Of a stretch of 64,000 nucleotides of DNA, positions 24,321-35,800 are shown in pieces. The stretch is from Malacoraja senta (Eukaryota): positions 1,922,001-1,986,000 of the forward strand of contig CM076001.1 in NCBI GenBank assembly GCA_038087875.1, given 5' to 3'. The notes beneath the pieces are model-generated. The model had not been told where the DNA came from. It did not search any database and was given only the letters and a program-made list of their open reading frames with translations. The position numbers and the translations under genes were made by a program. The first letter of the stretch is position 1. Every line of letters begins with the position of its first letter.

Positions 24321-25264
24321 GAGATTCGATTGGGAGCTGACAACGGACGGTTAGCAAGCAAGAACGGCAGAGTATGCTTACTTGTCGGCCCAAATTATCC
24401 TTAGAAAGGCAGAATGGTATTTCGTCGGTAGCTCGGACGGCACGACCACGTCTGACAGCAACAACTTAGATGGGAGTTTGGTAGAAGTGCGTGAACATGC
24501 ATATCTAACGCAGGCATCGTAAGGCACGGGTAGGTACATAAACGGACAGAGGATGAGAACCCCCAATAAAAGTTACACCGTCAGCAAGTATTTTGTCTTC
24601 CGCTATGGTATGCCATGATGCGGCTAGTAGCGTATGGTTGTTGAAATCACTTCTGCTAAAGGGCCCACAGTACAGAAGCGAAGTACAAAGAAGTTATGCC
24701 AGAATTGTTAACAGACTCGCAGGGAACTCTTTACGTATTGCGCCCTGATCCTCTCACGGCATTACAAGGAGACGTGTCGTACAATGGAAAGCGTAGAAGA
24801 GATTTCTATGTGGCACGGAAGTATAGAATGAAACAGTGGAGAGATGTGAGGCTTCAATGGAGCAGAGTAGATCGATGCGATACTGAACTGAGGTATTTTA
24901 CCGAAATGCGAAATCCTGAGAGGAAAACAAAGATGTATGATTACATTTTATTCTGCAAATGCCCCGGGACCTGCTGACCATCTCCACAATAATCCGACTT
25001 TAAATGCAAATTCCTCCATCCGTCCTTCTTCCTTTCGAAGGTTATGCGTGACCTCTTGCGTGCACGTGCTCGATTTGGACCATATTCAAAACATGCTTCG
25101 CATCTGTTGCAGTGATTACAAAATTAAAACGGTAAAACGAATATAATTAACACAAGGAGAGTTAACTAAAACAACAATACATAAAACAATACATCTTGCA
25201 AATCACTGAGATACAATAGACTACAGATGCTCGAGTATTGATGCAAAATTAAAACGCTGTACGG

Positions 25265-28200
25265 AATAGATACATAGAAACATAGAAAATAGGTGCAGGA
25301 GTAGGCCATTCGGCCCTTCGAGCCTGCACCACCATTCAATATGATCATGGCTGATCATCCAACTCAGTATCCTGTACCTGCCTTCGCTCCAGACCCCCTG
25401 ATACCCTTAGCCACAAGGACCACATCTAACTCCCGCTTAAATATAGCCAATGAACTGGCCTCAACTATCTTCTGTGGCAGAGAATCCCGCAGATTCACCA
25501 CTCTCTGTGTAAAAAATGATTTTCTCATCTCGGTCCGAAAAGACTTCCCCCTTTACCTTAAACTGTGACCCCTTGTTCTGGACTTCCCAAACATCGGGAA
25601 TAATCTTCCTGCATCTAGCCTGTCTAACCCCTTAAGAATTTTGCACGTTTCTATAAGATCCCCCCTCAATCTTCTAAATTCTAGCGAGTACAAGCCGAGT
25701 CTATCCAGTCTTTCTTCATATGAAAGTCCTGCCATCAGAGGAATCAGTCTGGTGAACCTTCTCTGTACTCCCTCTATGTCAAGAATATCTTTCCTCAGAT
25801 TAGGAGACCAAAACTGTACGCAATACTCCAGGTGTGGTCTCACTAAGACCCTGTACAACTGCAGTAGAACCTCCCTGCTCTTATACTCAAATCATTTTGA
25901 TATGAATGCTAACACACCATTCGCTTTCTTCACTGCCTGCTGCTCCTGCATGCCTACTTTCAATGACTGGTGTACCATGACACCCATCTCTCGTTGCATC
26001 TCCCCTTTTCCTAATCGGCCACCATTCATATAATAGTCTACTTTCCTGTTTTTGCCACCAAAGTGGATAACCTCACATTTATCCACATTATACTGCATCT
26101 GCCATGCATTTGCCCACTCTACCAACCTATCCAAGTCACATTGCAGCCTCCTAGTTCCTCCTCACAGATAACACTGCCCCCCAGCTTCGTGTCATCAGCA
26201 AACTTGGAGATGATGCATTCAATTCCCCCATCCAGATCATCAATATATATTGTAAATATCTGGAGTCCCAGCATTGAGCCTTGTGGTACCCAACTAGCCA
26301 CTGCCTGCCATTCTGAAAAGGACCCGTTTACTCCTACTCTTTGCTTCCTGTCTGCCAGCCAGTTCTCTATCCACATTAATACTGAACCCGGAATCTCTTA
26401 TGTGGGACCTTGTCGAAAGCCTTCTGAAAGTCCAGATATAACACATCCAATGGTTCTCCCTTATCCACTCTACTAGTTACATCCTCGAACAATTCTATGT
26501 TTCGTCAGACATGATTTACCTTTCATAAATCCATGCTGACTTTGTCCAATGAATTCACCACTTTCCAAATGTTCTGCTATCCCATCTTTAATAAATGACT
26601 CTAGCATTTCCTCCACTACAGATGTTAGACTAACTGGTCTGTAATTCCCCGTTTTCTCTCTCCCTCCCTTTTTAAAAAGTGGGGTTACATTAGCTTCCCT
26701 CCAATCCTCAGGAACTACTCCAGAATCTAAAGAGTTTTGAAAAATTATCACTAATGCATCCACTATTTCTGGGGCTACTTCCTTAAGTACTCTGGGATGC
26801 AACTTATCTGGCCCTGGGGATTTATCGGCCTTTAAACCATTCAATTTACCTAACACCACTTCCCGGCTAACCTGGATTTCACTCAGTTCATCTATCTCAT
26901 TTGACTCCCGGTCCCCTGCTATTTCCGGCAGATTAGTTATGTCTTCCATAGTGAAGCCAGAACCAAAGTAGTTTTTCAATTGGTCTGCCATGTCCTTGTT
27001 CCCCATGATCAATTCGCCTGTTTCTGACTGCAAGGGACCTACATTTGTTTTAACTAAACTTTTTCTCTTCACATATCTATAAAACTTTTGCAGTCAGTTT
27101 TTATGATCCCTGCCAGTTTTCTTTCATAATCTATTTTCCCTTTCCTAATTAAGCCCTTTGTCCTCCTCCGCTGGACTCTGAATTTCTCCCAGTACCCTGG
27201 TCGGCTGCTTTTTCTGGCTGATTTGTATGCTTCATCTTTTGTTTTGATACTATCCCTGGTTTCCCTTGTTATCCACCGATGCACTATCTTCCCTGATTTA
27301 TTATTTTTCCAAACTGGGATGAACAATTGTTGTAGTTCATCCATGCAATCTTTAAATGCCTTCCATTGCATATCTACCGTCAAACCTTTAACAATCAATT
27401 GCCAGTCTATCTTGGCCAATTCACGTTTCATACCCTCAAAGGTACCTTTCTTTATGTTCAGGACCCTTGTTTCTGGATTAACAATGTCACTCTCCACCCT
27501 AGTGAAGAACTCAACCATATTATGGTCACTCTTGCCCAAGGGGCTACGCACAACAAGACTGCTAACTATCCCTTCCTCATTACTCAATACCCAGTCTAGA
27601 ATAGCCTGCTCTCTCGTTGGTTCCTCTTCGTGTTGGTTTAGAAAACTATCCTACATGCTTTCCAAGAAATCCTCATCCTCAGCACCCCTGCCAATTTGAT
27701 TAACCCAATCTATATATAGATTGAAGTCACCCATTATAACTGTTTTACCTTTGTTGCACGCATTTCTAATTTCCTGTTTGATGCCATCACCAACTCCACT
27801 ACTACTGTTAGGTGGCCTGTACACAACTCCCACAAGCGTTTACTGCCCCTTAGTGTTTCGCAGCTCTACCCATATCGATTCCACATCCTCCAAGCTAATG
27901 TCCTTCTATTCTATTGCGTTGATCTCCTCTCTAACTAGCAACGCTACCCCACCTCCTTTTCCTTTCTGTCTATCCCTCCTGAATATTGAATATCCCTGGA
28001 TGTTCAGCTCCCAGACTTGGTCACCCTGCAGCCATGTCTCCGTGATCCCAACTATATCATATTCATTAACTGTCCGCACATTCAACTCATCCACCTTATT
28101 ACGAATGCTCCTTGCATTGAGACACAAAGCCTTCAGGCTTGTTTTTACAAACCTCTTACCCCTTATACAATTATGTTGAAAAGTGTCCCTTTTTGATTTT

Positions 28201-29525
28201 TGCCCTGGATTTGTCTGCCTGCCACTTTTACTTTTCACCTTGCCACCTATTGCTTCCACCCTCATTTTACACACCTCTGTCTCTCTGCTCTTGCACCCAC
28301 CCCCTGCCACATTAGTTTAAATCCTCCCCGACAGCACTAGCAAACACTCCCCCAAGGACATTGGTTCCATTCCAGCCCAGGTGCAGACCGTCCTGTTTGT
28401 ACTGGTCCCACCTCCCCCAGAACTGGTTCCAATGCCCTAGAAATTTCAATCCCTCCCCCAGAACTGGTTCCAATGCCCTAGAAATTTGAATCCCTCCCCC
28501 ATGCACCATTTTCAAGCCACGTATTCATCTGCAATATCCTCCTATTTCTACTCTGACTAGCCCGTGGCACTGGTAGTAATCCAGAGATTATTACCTTGGA
28601 GGTCCTACTTTTAAGTTTATCTCCTAGCTCCCTAAATGCACCTTGTAGGACCTCATCCCGTGTTCTACCTATATCGTTGGTGCCAATGTGCACCACGGCA
28701 ACTGGCTGTTCATCCTCCCCCTCCACAATGTTCTACAGCCGTTCAGTGACATCCCTGACCCTTGCACCAGGGAGGCAACATACCATCCTGTAGTCTCGTT
28801 TGCGGACGCAGAAACGACTATCTATTCCCCTTACAATTGAATCCCCCGTTATTATTACAGAGAGTGGTGAATCTCTGGAACTCTCTGCCACAGAGGGTAG
28901 TTGAGGCCAGTTCATCGGCTATATTTAAGAGGGAGTTAGATGTGGCCCTTGTAGCTAAAGGGATCAGGGGGTATGGAGAGAAGGCAGGTACGGGATACTG
29001 AGTTGGATGATCAGCCATGATCATATTGAATGGCGGTGCAGGCTCGAAAGGCCGAATGGCCTACTCCTGCACCTATTTTCTATGTATCTATGTATCTATT
29101 ATAGCCCTTCCACTCTTTTTCCTCCCCTCCTGTGCCGCAGAGCCACCCATGGTGCCATGAACTTGGCTGTTGCTGCTTTCCCCTGATGAGCCATCTCCCC
29201 CAACAGTGTCCAAAATGGTATATCTGTTTAGGAGGTAGATGACCGCAGGGGACTCCTGCACTACCTGCCTACTGCTACGCGGGCTAATGGCCACCCGTTC
29301 CCTTTCTGTCCGCTTAACTTTTACCTGCGGTGTGGCCAACTCACTGCATGTGCTACTCACGACTTTCTCAGCATCGTGGATGCTCCAGTATGAATCCAAC
29401 CGCAGCTCCAATCGTTCAATGCGGTCTGCCAGGAGCTGCAGCTGGACACAATTCCTGCAAACGTAGTTACCAGGGACACCGGCCATATCCCTGATCTCCC
29501 ACATGTTGCAGGATGAGCAAACCAT
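25265..29525 (-). mobile_element. Near full-length CR1 LINE (ORF1 zinc finger and SGNH esterase; ORF2 EN and RT), disrupted
   Basis: ORF1 MVCSSC...CRNC, GDSIVRG, CLPGA, VVHIGTND; ORF2 CLNARSIRNK, VGITETWL, SDHN, QHGFMKGKSC, KFADD; (TTTCTATG)-type tail. A 41-bp tandem duplication lies at 28411-28500. Confidence 0.92.
28856..29096 (+). mobile_element. Short CR1 3' fragment nested antisense in CR1 ORF1
   Basis: CR1 3' end and tail; interrupts the host RAII|TGDS; probable TSD tattat at 28850-28855 and 29097-29102. Confidence 0.8.
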
Positions 29526-29624
29526 GGGGCCATGGATTAACTGAGACAAACGGTGGATGGGCCTTAGCCGACTGTATGTGGTCAATTTGTTCTGAATAGC
29601 TAGCATCCGGTCAGTGAAGACGTT

Positions 29625-31528
29625 TCAGTTCAAGCACAGAGCAGACCGATAACTGAGTTCACGCAGAGTGCAGACCGACAATCAAGTTCAAGCACAATGC
29701 AAACCAACAATTGAGTTCAAGCACAATGCAGACACGATTGTGTTCAAGCACAGTAGTGACCAACAATTGAGTTTAAAAAAAGAGCAGACCAACAATTGTG
29801 TTCAAGCACAGTGAAGACCAACATTTGAGTTCGAGCATAGTGCAGACCAACGATTCAGTTCAAGCACAATACAGACCAATAATTCAGTTCAAGCACAGTG
29901 CAGACCAACATTTGAGTTCAAACATAGTGCAGACCAACAATTCAGTTCAAGCACAATAAAGACCAACAATTCAGTTCAAGCACAGTGCAGACCAACATTT
30001 CAGTTCAAGCACAATACAGACCAATAATTCATTTCAAGCACAATACAGACCAACAATTCAGTTCAAACACAGTGCAGCCCAACAATTCAGTTCAAGCACA
30101 GTGCAGACCAACAATTCAGTTCAAGCACAATACAGACGAACAATTCAGTTCAAGCACAATACAGACCAATAATTCAGTTCAAGCACAATACAGACCAACA
30201 ATTCAGTTCAAACACAGTGCAGCCCAACAATTCAGTTCAAGCACAGTGCAGACCAACAATTCAGGTCAAGCACAATACAGACCAATAATTCAGTTCAAAC
30301 ACAGTGCAGCCCAACAATTCAGTTCAAGCACAGTGCAGACCAACAATTCAGGTCAAGCACAATACAGACCAATAATTCAGTTCAAACACAGTGCAGCCCA
30401 ACAATTCAGTTCCAGCACAGTGCTGACCAATAATTCTGTTCAAGCACAGTGCAGACCAACAATTAAGTTCAAGCACAGTGCAGACCAACATTAAAGTTCA
30501 AGCACAGTGCAGACCAACAATCAAGTTCAAGCACTGTGCAGACCAACAATCAAGTTCAAGCACAGTGCAGACCAACAATCAAGTTCAAGCAGAGTGCAGA
30601 CCAACAATTCAGTTCAAGCACAGTGCAGCCCAACAATTCAGTTCGAGCACAGTGCTGACCAATAATTCTGTTGAAGCACAGTGCAGACCAACAATCAAGT
30701 TCAAGCACAGTGCAGACCAAAAATTAAGTACAAGCACAGTGCAGACCAACATTAAATTTCAAGCACAGTGCAGACCGATAACTCAGTTCAAGCACAGCGC
30801 AGACCAACAATTAAGTTCAAGCACAGTGTAGACCAACATTTCATTTCAAGCACAGTACAGACCAACAATTCATTTCAAGCACAGTGCTGTCCAACAATTC
30901 AGTTCAAGCACAGTGCAGACCATTAATTCAGTTCAAGCACAGTGCAGACAAACAATTCGTTTCATGCACAGTACAGTCCAACAATTCAGTTCAAGCACAG
31001 TGCAGACCAACAATTCACTTCAAGCACAGTGCAGAACAACAATTCAGATCAAGCACAGTGCAGACCAACAATTCAGTTCAAGTACAGTAGTGCTGACCAA
31101 CAATTCCGTTCAAGCACAGTGCAGACCAACAATGCAGTTCAAGCACAGTGCAGACCAACAATTGTGTTGAAGCACAGTGCAGACCAACAATTCAGTTCAA
31201 GTACAATAGTGCTGACCAGCAATTCCGTTCAAACACATTGCAGACCAAAAATTTTGATCAAGCACAGTGAAGAACAACAATTCAGTTCAAGCACAGTGCA
31301 GACCAACAATTCAGTTCAAGCACAGTGCAGACCAACAATTCTGTTCTAACACAGTGCAGAACAATAATTCTGTTCAAGCACAGTGCAGACCAACAATTCA
31401 GATCAAGCACAGTGCAGACCAACAATTCAGTTCAAGCACAGTGCAGACCAACAATTCATTTCAAGCACAGTGCAGACCAACAATTCAGTTCAAGCACAGT
31501 GCAGACCAACAATCAGTTCCAGCACAGT
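29625..31528. repeat. 29-bp tandem satellite (~65 units), consensus CACAGTGCAGACCAACAATTCAGTTCAAG
   Basis: Direct tandem periodicity is visible, with a recurrent variant CACAATA and trimer (87-bp) blocks around 30210-30430. Confidence 0.97.
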
Positions 31529-31529
31529 A

Positions 31530-31790
31530 ATATTTTTGTTAAGTTCTGGGCACCATGTTATAGGATGTATATTGTCAAGCTTGAAAGGGTTCAGAAAAGA
31601 TTTACGAGCATGTTTCCTGGACGAGAGGGTGTGAGCTATGAGGAGAGATTCTGTAGGCTGGGTCCCTATTTCATGGAGTGCAGGAACATGAGGGTTGTTC
31701 TTATAGAGATGTACAAAGTATAGAGGATAAGATCGGGAAGATGCAGAGTCTATTTCTAGAGTAGGTGCATCGAGGACCAGAGATCATAGG
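31530..31790 (+). mobile_element. CR1 RT C-terminal fragment
   Basis: FWAPCYRMYIVKLERVQKRFTSMFPG...MRVVLIEMYKV. Confidence 0.8.
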
Positions 31791-31954
31791 TTTCCCCCTG
31801 CTCATTCCCCCTGAAGAATGTAAATATGAACACTCACAAGAACTTTTCTTATTTATGTTTCAACAGGGCCCACTGGAAACACCTGGGACGAAATTGATAA
31901 TGGGTAAATGTAAAGGGATTGGGTCAGTGTCTGGGAACTGTAGTTCACGTTCTC

Positions 31955-32142
31955 CAAATAAACAAACGATAGACAGAAAAAGCTGGAGTGACGTTTCGGT
32001 TCGAAACCCTTCTTCAGAGTGAAGAAGGTCTCGACCCGAACCGCCACCCATTCTTTCTCTCCAAAGATTCTGTCGGTCCCGCTGAGTTAGTCCAGCTTTT
32101 TGTGTCTACCAATCTTTTTAAACCAGCATCTGCAGTTCCTCC
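31955..32142. mobile_element. Palindromic pair of Penelope terminal repeats (paralogue of 53320-53572)
   Basis: Inverted arms meet at ttcttcagagtgaagaa (~32010-32026). Confidence 0.7.
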
Positions 32143-32427
32143 TTGGATCGTGTGTTGTTGACTAATATTTCTGTCGGACCATTCTGCAGCTGCAACCCCG
32201 TGGAACATATTTAAATTTAGAAATATTATTCGCAATCCGCCTTTACAGTTTGTTTGTTCTATACGTGCTCAATTGGTGCATGTGCAGTGAACCACCACCC
32301 TCGTGATTGTTGTCGTATGACATCACTCGGGAGCAAAATCCGTAATGAATGTCCACAGGGAGGTAATCTCAATAACTCGTTAATCTTCTTCTTGGGTTAT
32401 AAATGTCAAGCGGTTTAACCTCCCACT

Positions 32428-32775
32428 ATGACATCTGTAAGCTTTCTACTGAATTTCCGAGGTCGATTTGAAGGAGAAATGGGTCGGATGCACATGTCGG
32501 TTCAATATTATTATTACCCAATCCTGGCATCAATTGGAGTACCCGGTATGCCACTCGATGGTTGAATGTGGGATAACCGTGACGATAATTTGATTGGGAA
32601 GCGGTAACGTTGAAGATAAAGTTAAAATAATGTGACAAATGTACTAGATACTCGGCTGCATTCAGGGAATGGGATTTGCGGAATAACCAGAAGATAATGT
32701 AGTTATTGTATGGTTTTAATGCATTTCGCCGTTGCCGTTTACTGGGACTGGTAGAGAATGCTCCTTGCAATATTG

Positions 32776-32807
<32 letters not shown>

Positions 32808-35800
32808 TTATTAGAAGTACATTACATTACAACCACATACATTAATACTCGTAATTTGTATCTTCTTACAATTAATGTACTCCCTTTATTATTTTTTTTT
32901 TTTTACACTAGAAAAGGAAAAGATTGAAAGAGAGAAGAAAGTGAAGGAAAAAGTGAAAGCGTAGAAAAGTGTAGAAAATGTAACAACAAAAAAGGACGAA
33001 GACCCTATAAGAGCGAAATTAAAAACAAAAGAAAAAGAGTTAAGAAATAGGCCCTAGGAAAAAAAAGAGAAAAAGAGAGAGGAAAAAAAAAAAGAAAAAC
33101 AAATATTTTTTTGAGCATTACGTAAATAGGACATACCAACTCTTCAACTATCATCCCCCCTTACCCTGCCCTCAATTTTTTATTTTTTTTAAAGTACTTT
33201 TGCACCCTATGTTTGTAATAATTCTATAAATGCAGACCACGTCAGGTGGAAGTGATCTGGTTTACCTGCTAGGAGAAGTCTTATCTCTTCTAGTTGTAGT
33301 GTTTCAAACATAATTGAAATCCACATATTTATAGTTGGTATTGGAGCCTTCTTCCAAAATTTTAGAATTAGCTTTTTTCCAGTTATTAACCCATAGTCCA
33401 TTAATTTCTTTTGAAACACATTTAGTTCTGGATCATCTTCCGTTATTCCGAAGATAATCCATTCTGCTTTGGGTATCAGTCTTGTTTTAAATAACTTTGT
33501 AAAGATTTCAAAAATTTCATTCCAAAATTTTTGAATTTTTGTACAGAAGACGAATGAGTGCGCTATAGTAGCTTCTTGGGATTGACATTTATCACAAATA
33601 GATGATACGTTTGGGAAAATTTTATGAATTTTAGTTTTCGAATAATATAATCTATGTAAAATTTTAAATTGTATTAAAGTGTGTCTTACATTAATCGAGC
33701 ATTTATGCACGTTTAATAAGTATTCATTCCAACTTTCCTTTGAAATTTTAATAGCTAACTCTTGTTCCCAGTCTCTTCTGATACCCTCCGTAGGTGGTAT
33801 TTGTACATTTAAAATAATATTATACAAATATGATATTAAGTTTGCTGATTCCGCTTTTATCTGCATTGCCTCGTCCAATACATCTACTGGGTTATTATAA
33901 TGATCTTTTGTATATTTTTTCAAATAGTCGCATATTTGAAAATATTTAAAATATTGATTATTTCCGAGTTTATATTTTATTTGTAATTGTTGAAATGAAA
34001 GTAATTTTCCAGTTTCATACAAGTCACCAAGCGTTTTAATTCCTAGTCTATCCCATTGTGTATAAGCTTTATCTATAATAGAAGGACTAAACGAAGGGTT
34101 ATTGACTATAGGTAATAAAAGTGATAAATTTCTTAATTTTAAATTTTGTTTTATTTGTTTCCAAATACGGATTGTACTATGAATAATTGGGTTCTTATTA
34201 TAATTTATGTTATTCAGTTTCATTGGAGAGAGGAGGATCGCTCCAATGTTTCTAGAGGAGCAATCCTCTTTCTCCATTACAATCCAGTCTACTTGCTGGG
34301 CGGAGTTATCCATCAGTTGAATCATGTTTTTAATATTTACTGACCAATAATAATACATAAAATTAGGTAGTGCTAAACCCCCCAATACTTTAGGTTTATT
34401 CAGATGAGTTTTTTGTATTCCATGAGATTTATAGTCCCATATAAAATTAGTGATATCTGAGTCGAGTTTTTTAAAAAACTTCTTTGGTAAGTATATAGGA
34501 ATTGATTGAAATAGGTATAAAATTTGTGGTAAAAAGATCATTTTTATTGCGTTAATTCGGCCTATTAAAGACATCGGGAGCGTTTTCCAGAATTTAATTA
34601 GTGTATTTAATTTATAAAGTAGGGGGTCAAAATTTGCCCTGAACATACCTTGATATGTTCTGGTAATTTCGACCCCCAAATATTTAAATTTTTCTGTAGC
34701 TATTTTAAAAGGGAATTTTAAAAGATGTGTTGAATCTTTCGGTTTTATTGACATAATTTCACTTTTATTCCAATTTATTCTATATCCAGAAAAAGATCCA
34801 AAGTCTTCAATTAAATTTAATATATTTGGTATAGTGATTTGAGGTTTTGTTATATACAGTAATATATCATCCGCGTATAAAGATATTTTATTATATGAGT
34901 CTTTAGTATTATATCCATGAATATCAGGGTGTATTCTAATTTTTTCTGCTAGCGGTTCAATAATGAGAGCAAACAGCTGTGGTGATAATGAGCATCCTTG
35001 TCTATTTCCCCTTGATAGTTGAAATTTCGAGGATAATATGTTATTAGTTAGTATTCTAGCTGTAGGTTTGTTATATAGTAACTTAATCCATAAAATAAAA
35101 TTCTCTCCCAGTTGAAATTTTTGTAATACTTTATCCATATAATTCCATTCTACTTGATCAAATGCTTTTTCAGCATCCAGCGAAATAATTGATAATCCTT
35201 GATCTTCAGATTTGTGTGAGTGCATTATGTTGAGTAGACGTCTCATATTATTAGAAGAGTATCTCTTAGGGATAAACCCTGTCTGATCTGGGTTTATTAA
35301 TTTACTAATGTATTTACTTAATCTTCTAGCTAATGTTTTCGCTAATATTTTTTGATCTGTGTTTAACAATGCTATAGCTCTATATGAACCAGGTTCTTCT
35401 AAATCTTTATTTTTCTTAGGTATTAATGTAATCGTTGATTCCGCTAATGTATCAGGTAGTATTCGTTTTTTAAAAGCGTATTGGTACATTTTTTGTAATC
35501 TTGGTATTAGTTTATCATAAAAGCTTTTATAAAATTCATTAGTAAATCCATCAGGGCCTGGTGTTTTTCCATTCTTTAATGAGTTTATTGTATCTTCTAA
35601 TTCCTTAATTGAGATTTGTGCACCCAGTTCCTCTTGTTCCTTCAGCTCTAACTTTGGAAGATTACAGGTATCCAAGAACTTTGTGATATTATCGGAATCA
35701 ATTATCGTTTTAGATGTATACAAATTCTCGTAAAATTGCGCAAATCTTTTATTAATATCCTTCGGTGTTGTTAATAATTCCCCTTTATCTGATTTGATCT

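Noticed and set aside
29625-31528. Satellite as a CRISPR array or as Gln/Ser-rich protein-coding ORFs
   Set aside because: The units are contiguous with no unique spacers and the context is eukaryotic; the ORFs arise because the 29-mer has no plus-strand stop codon.
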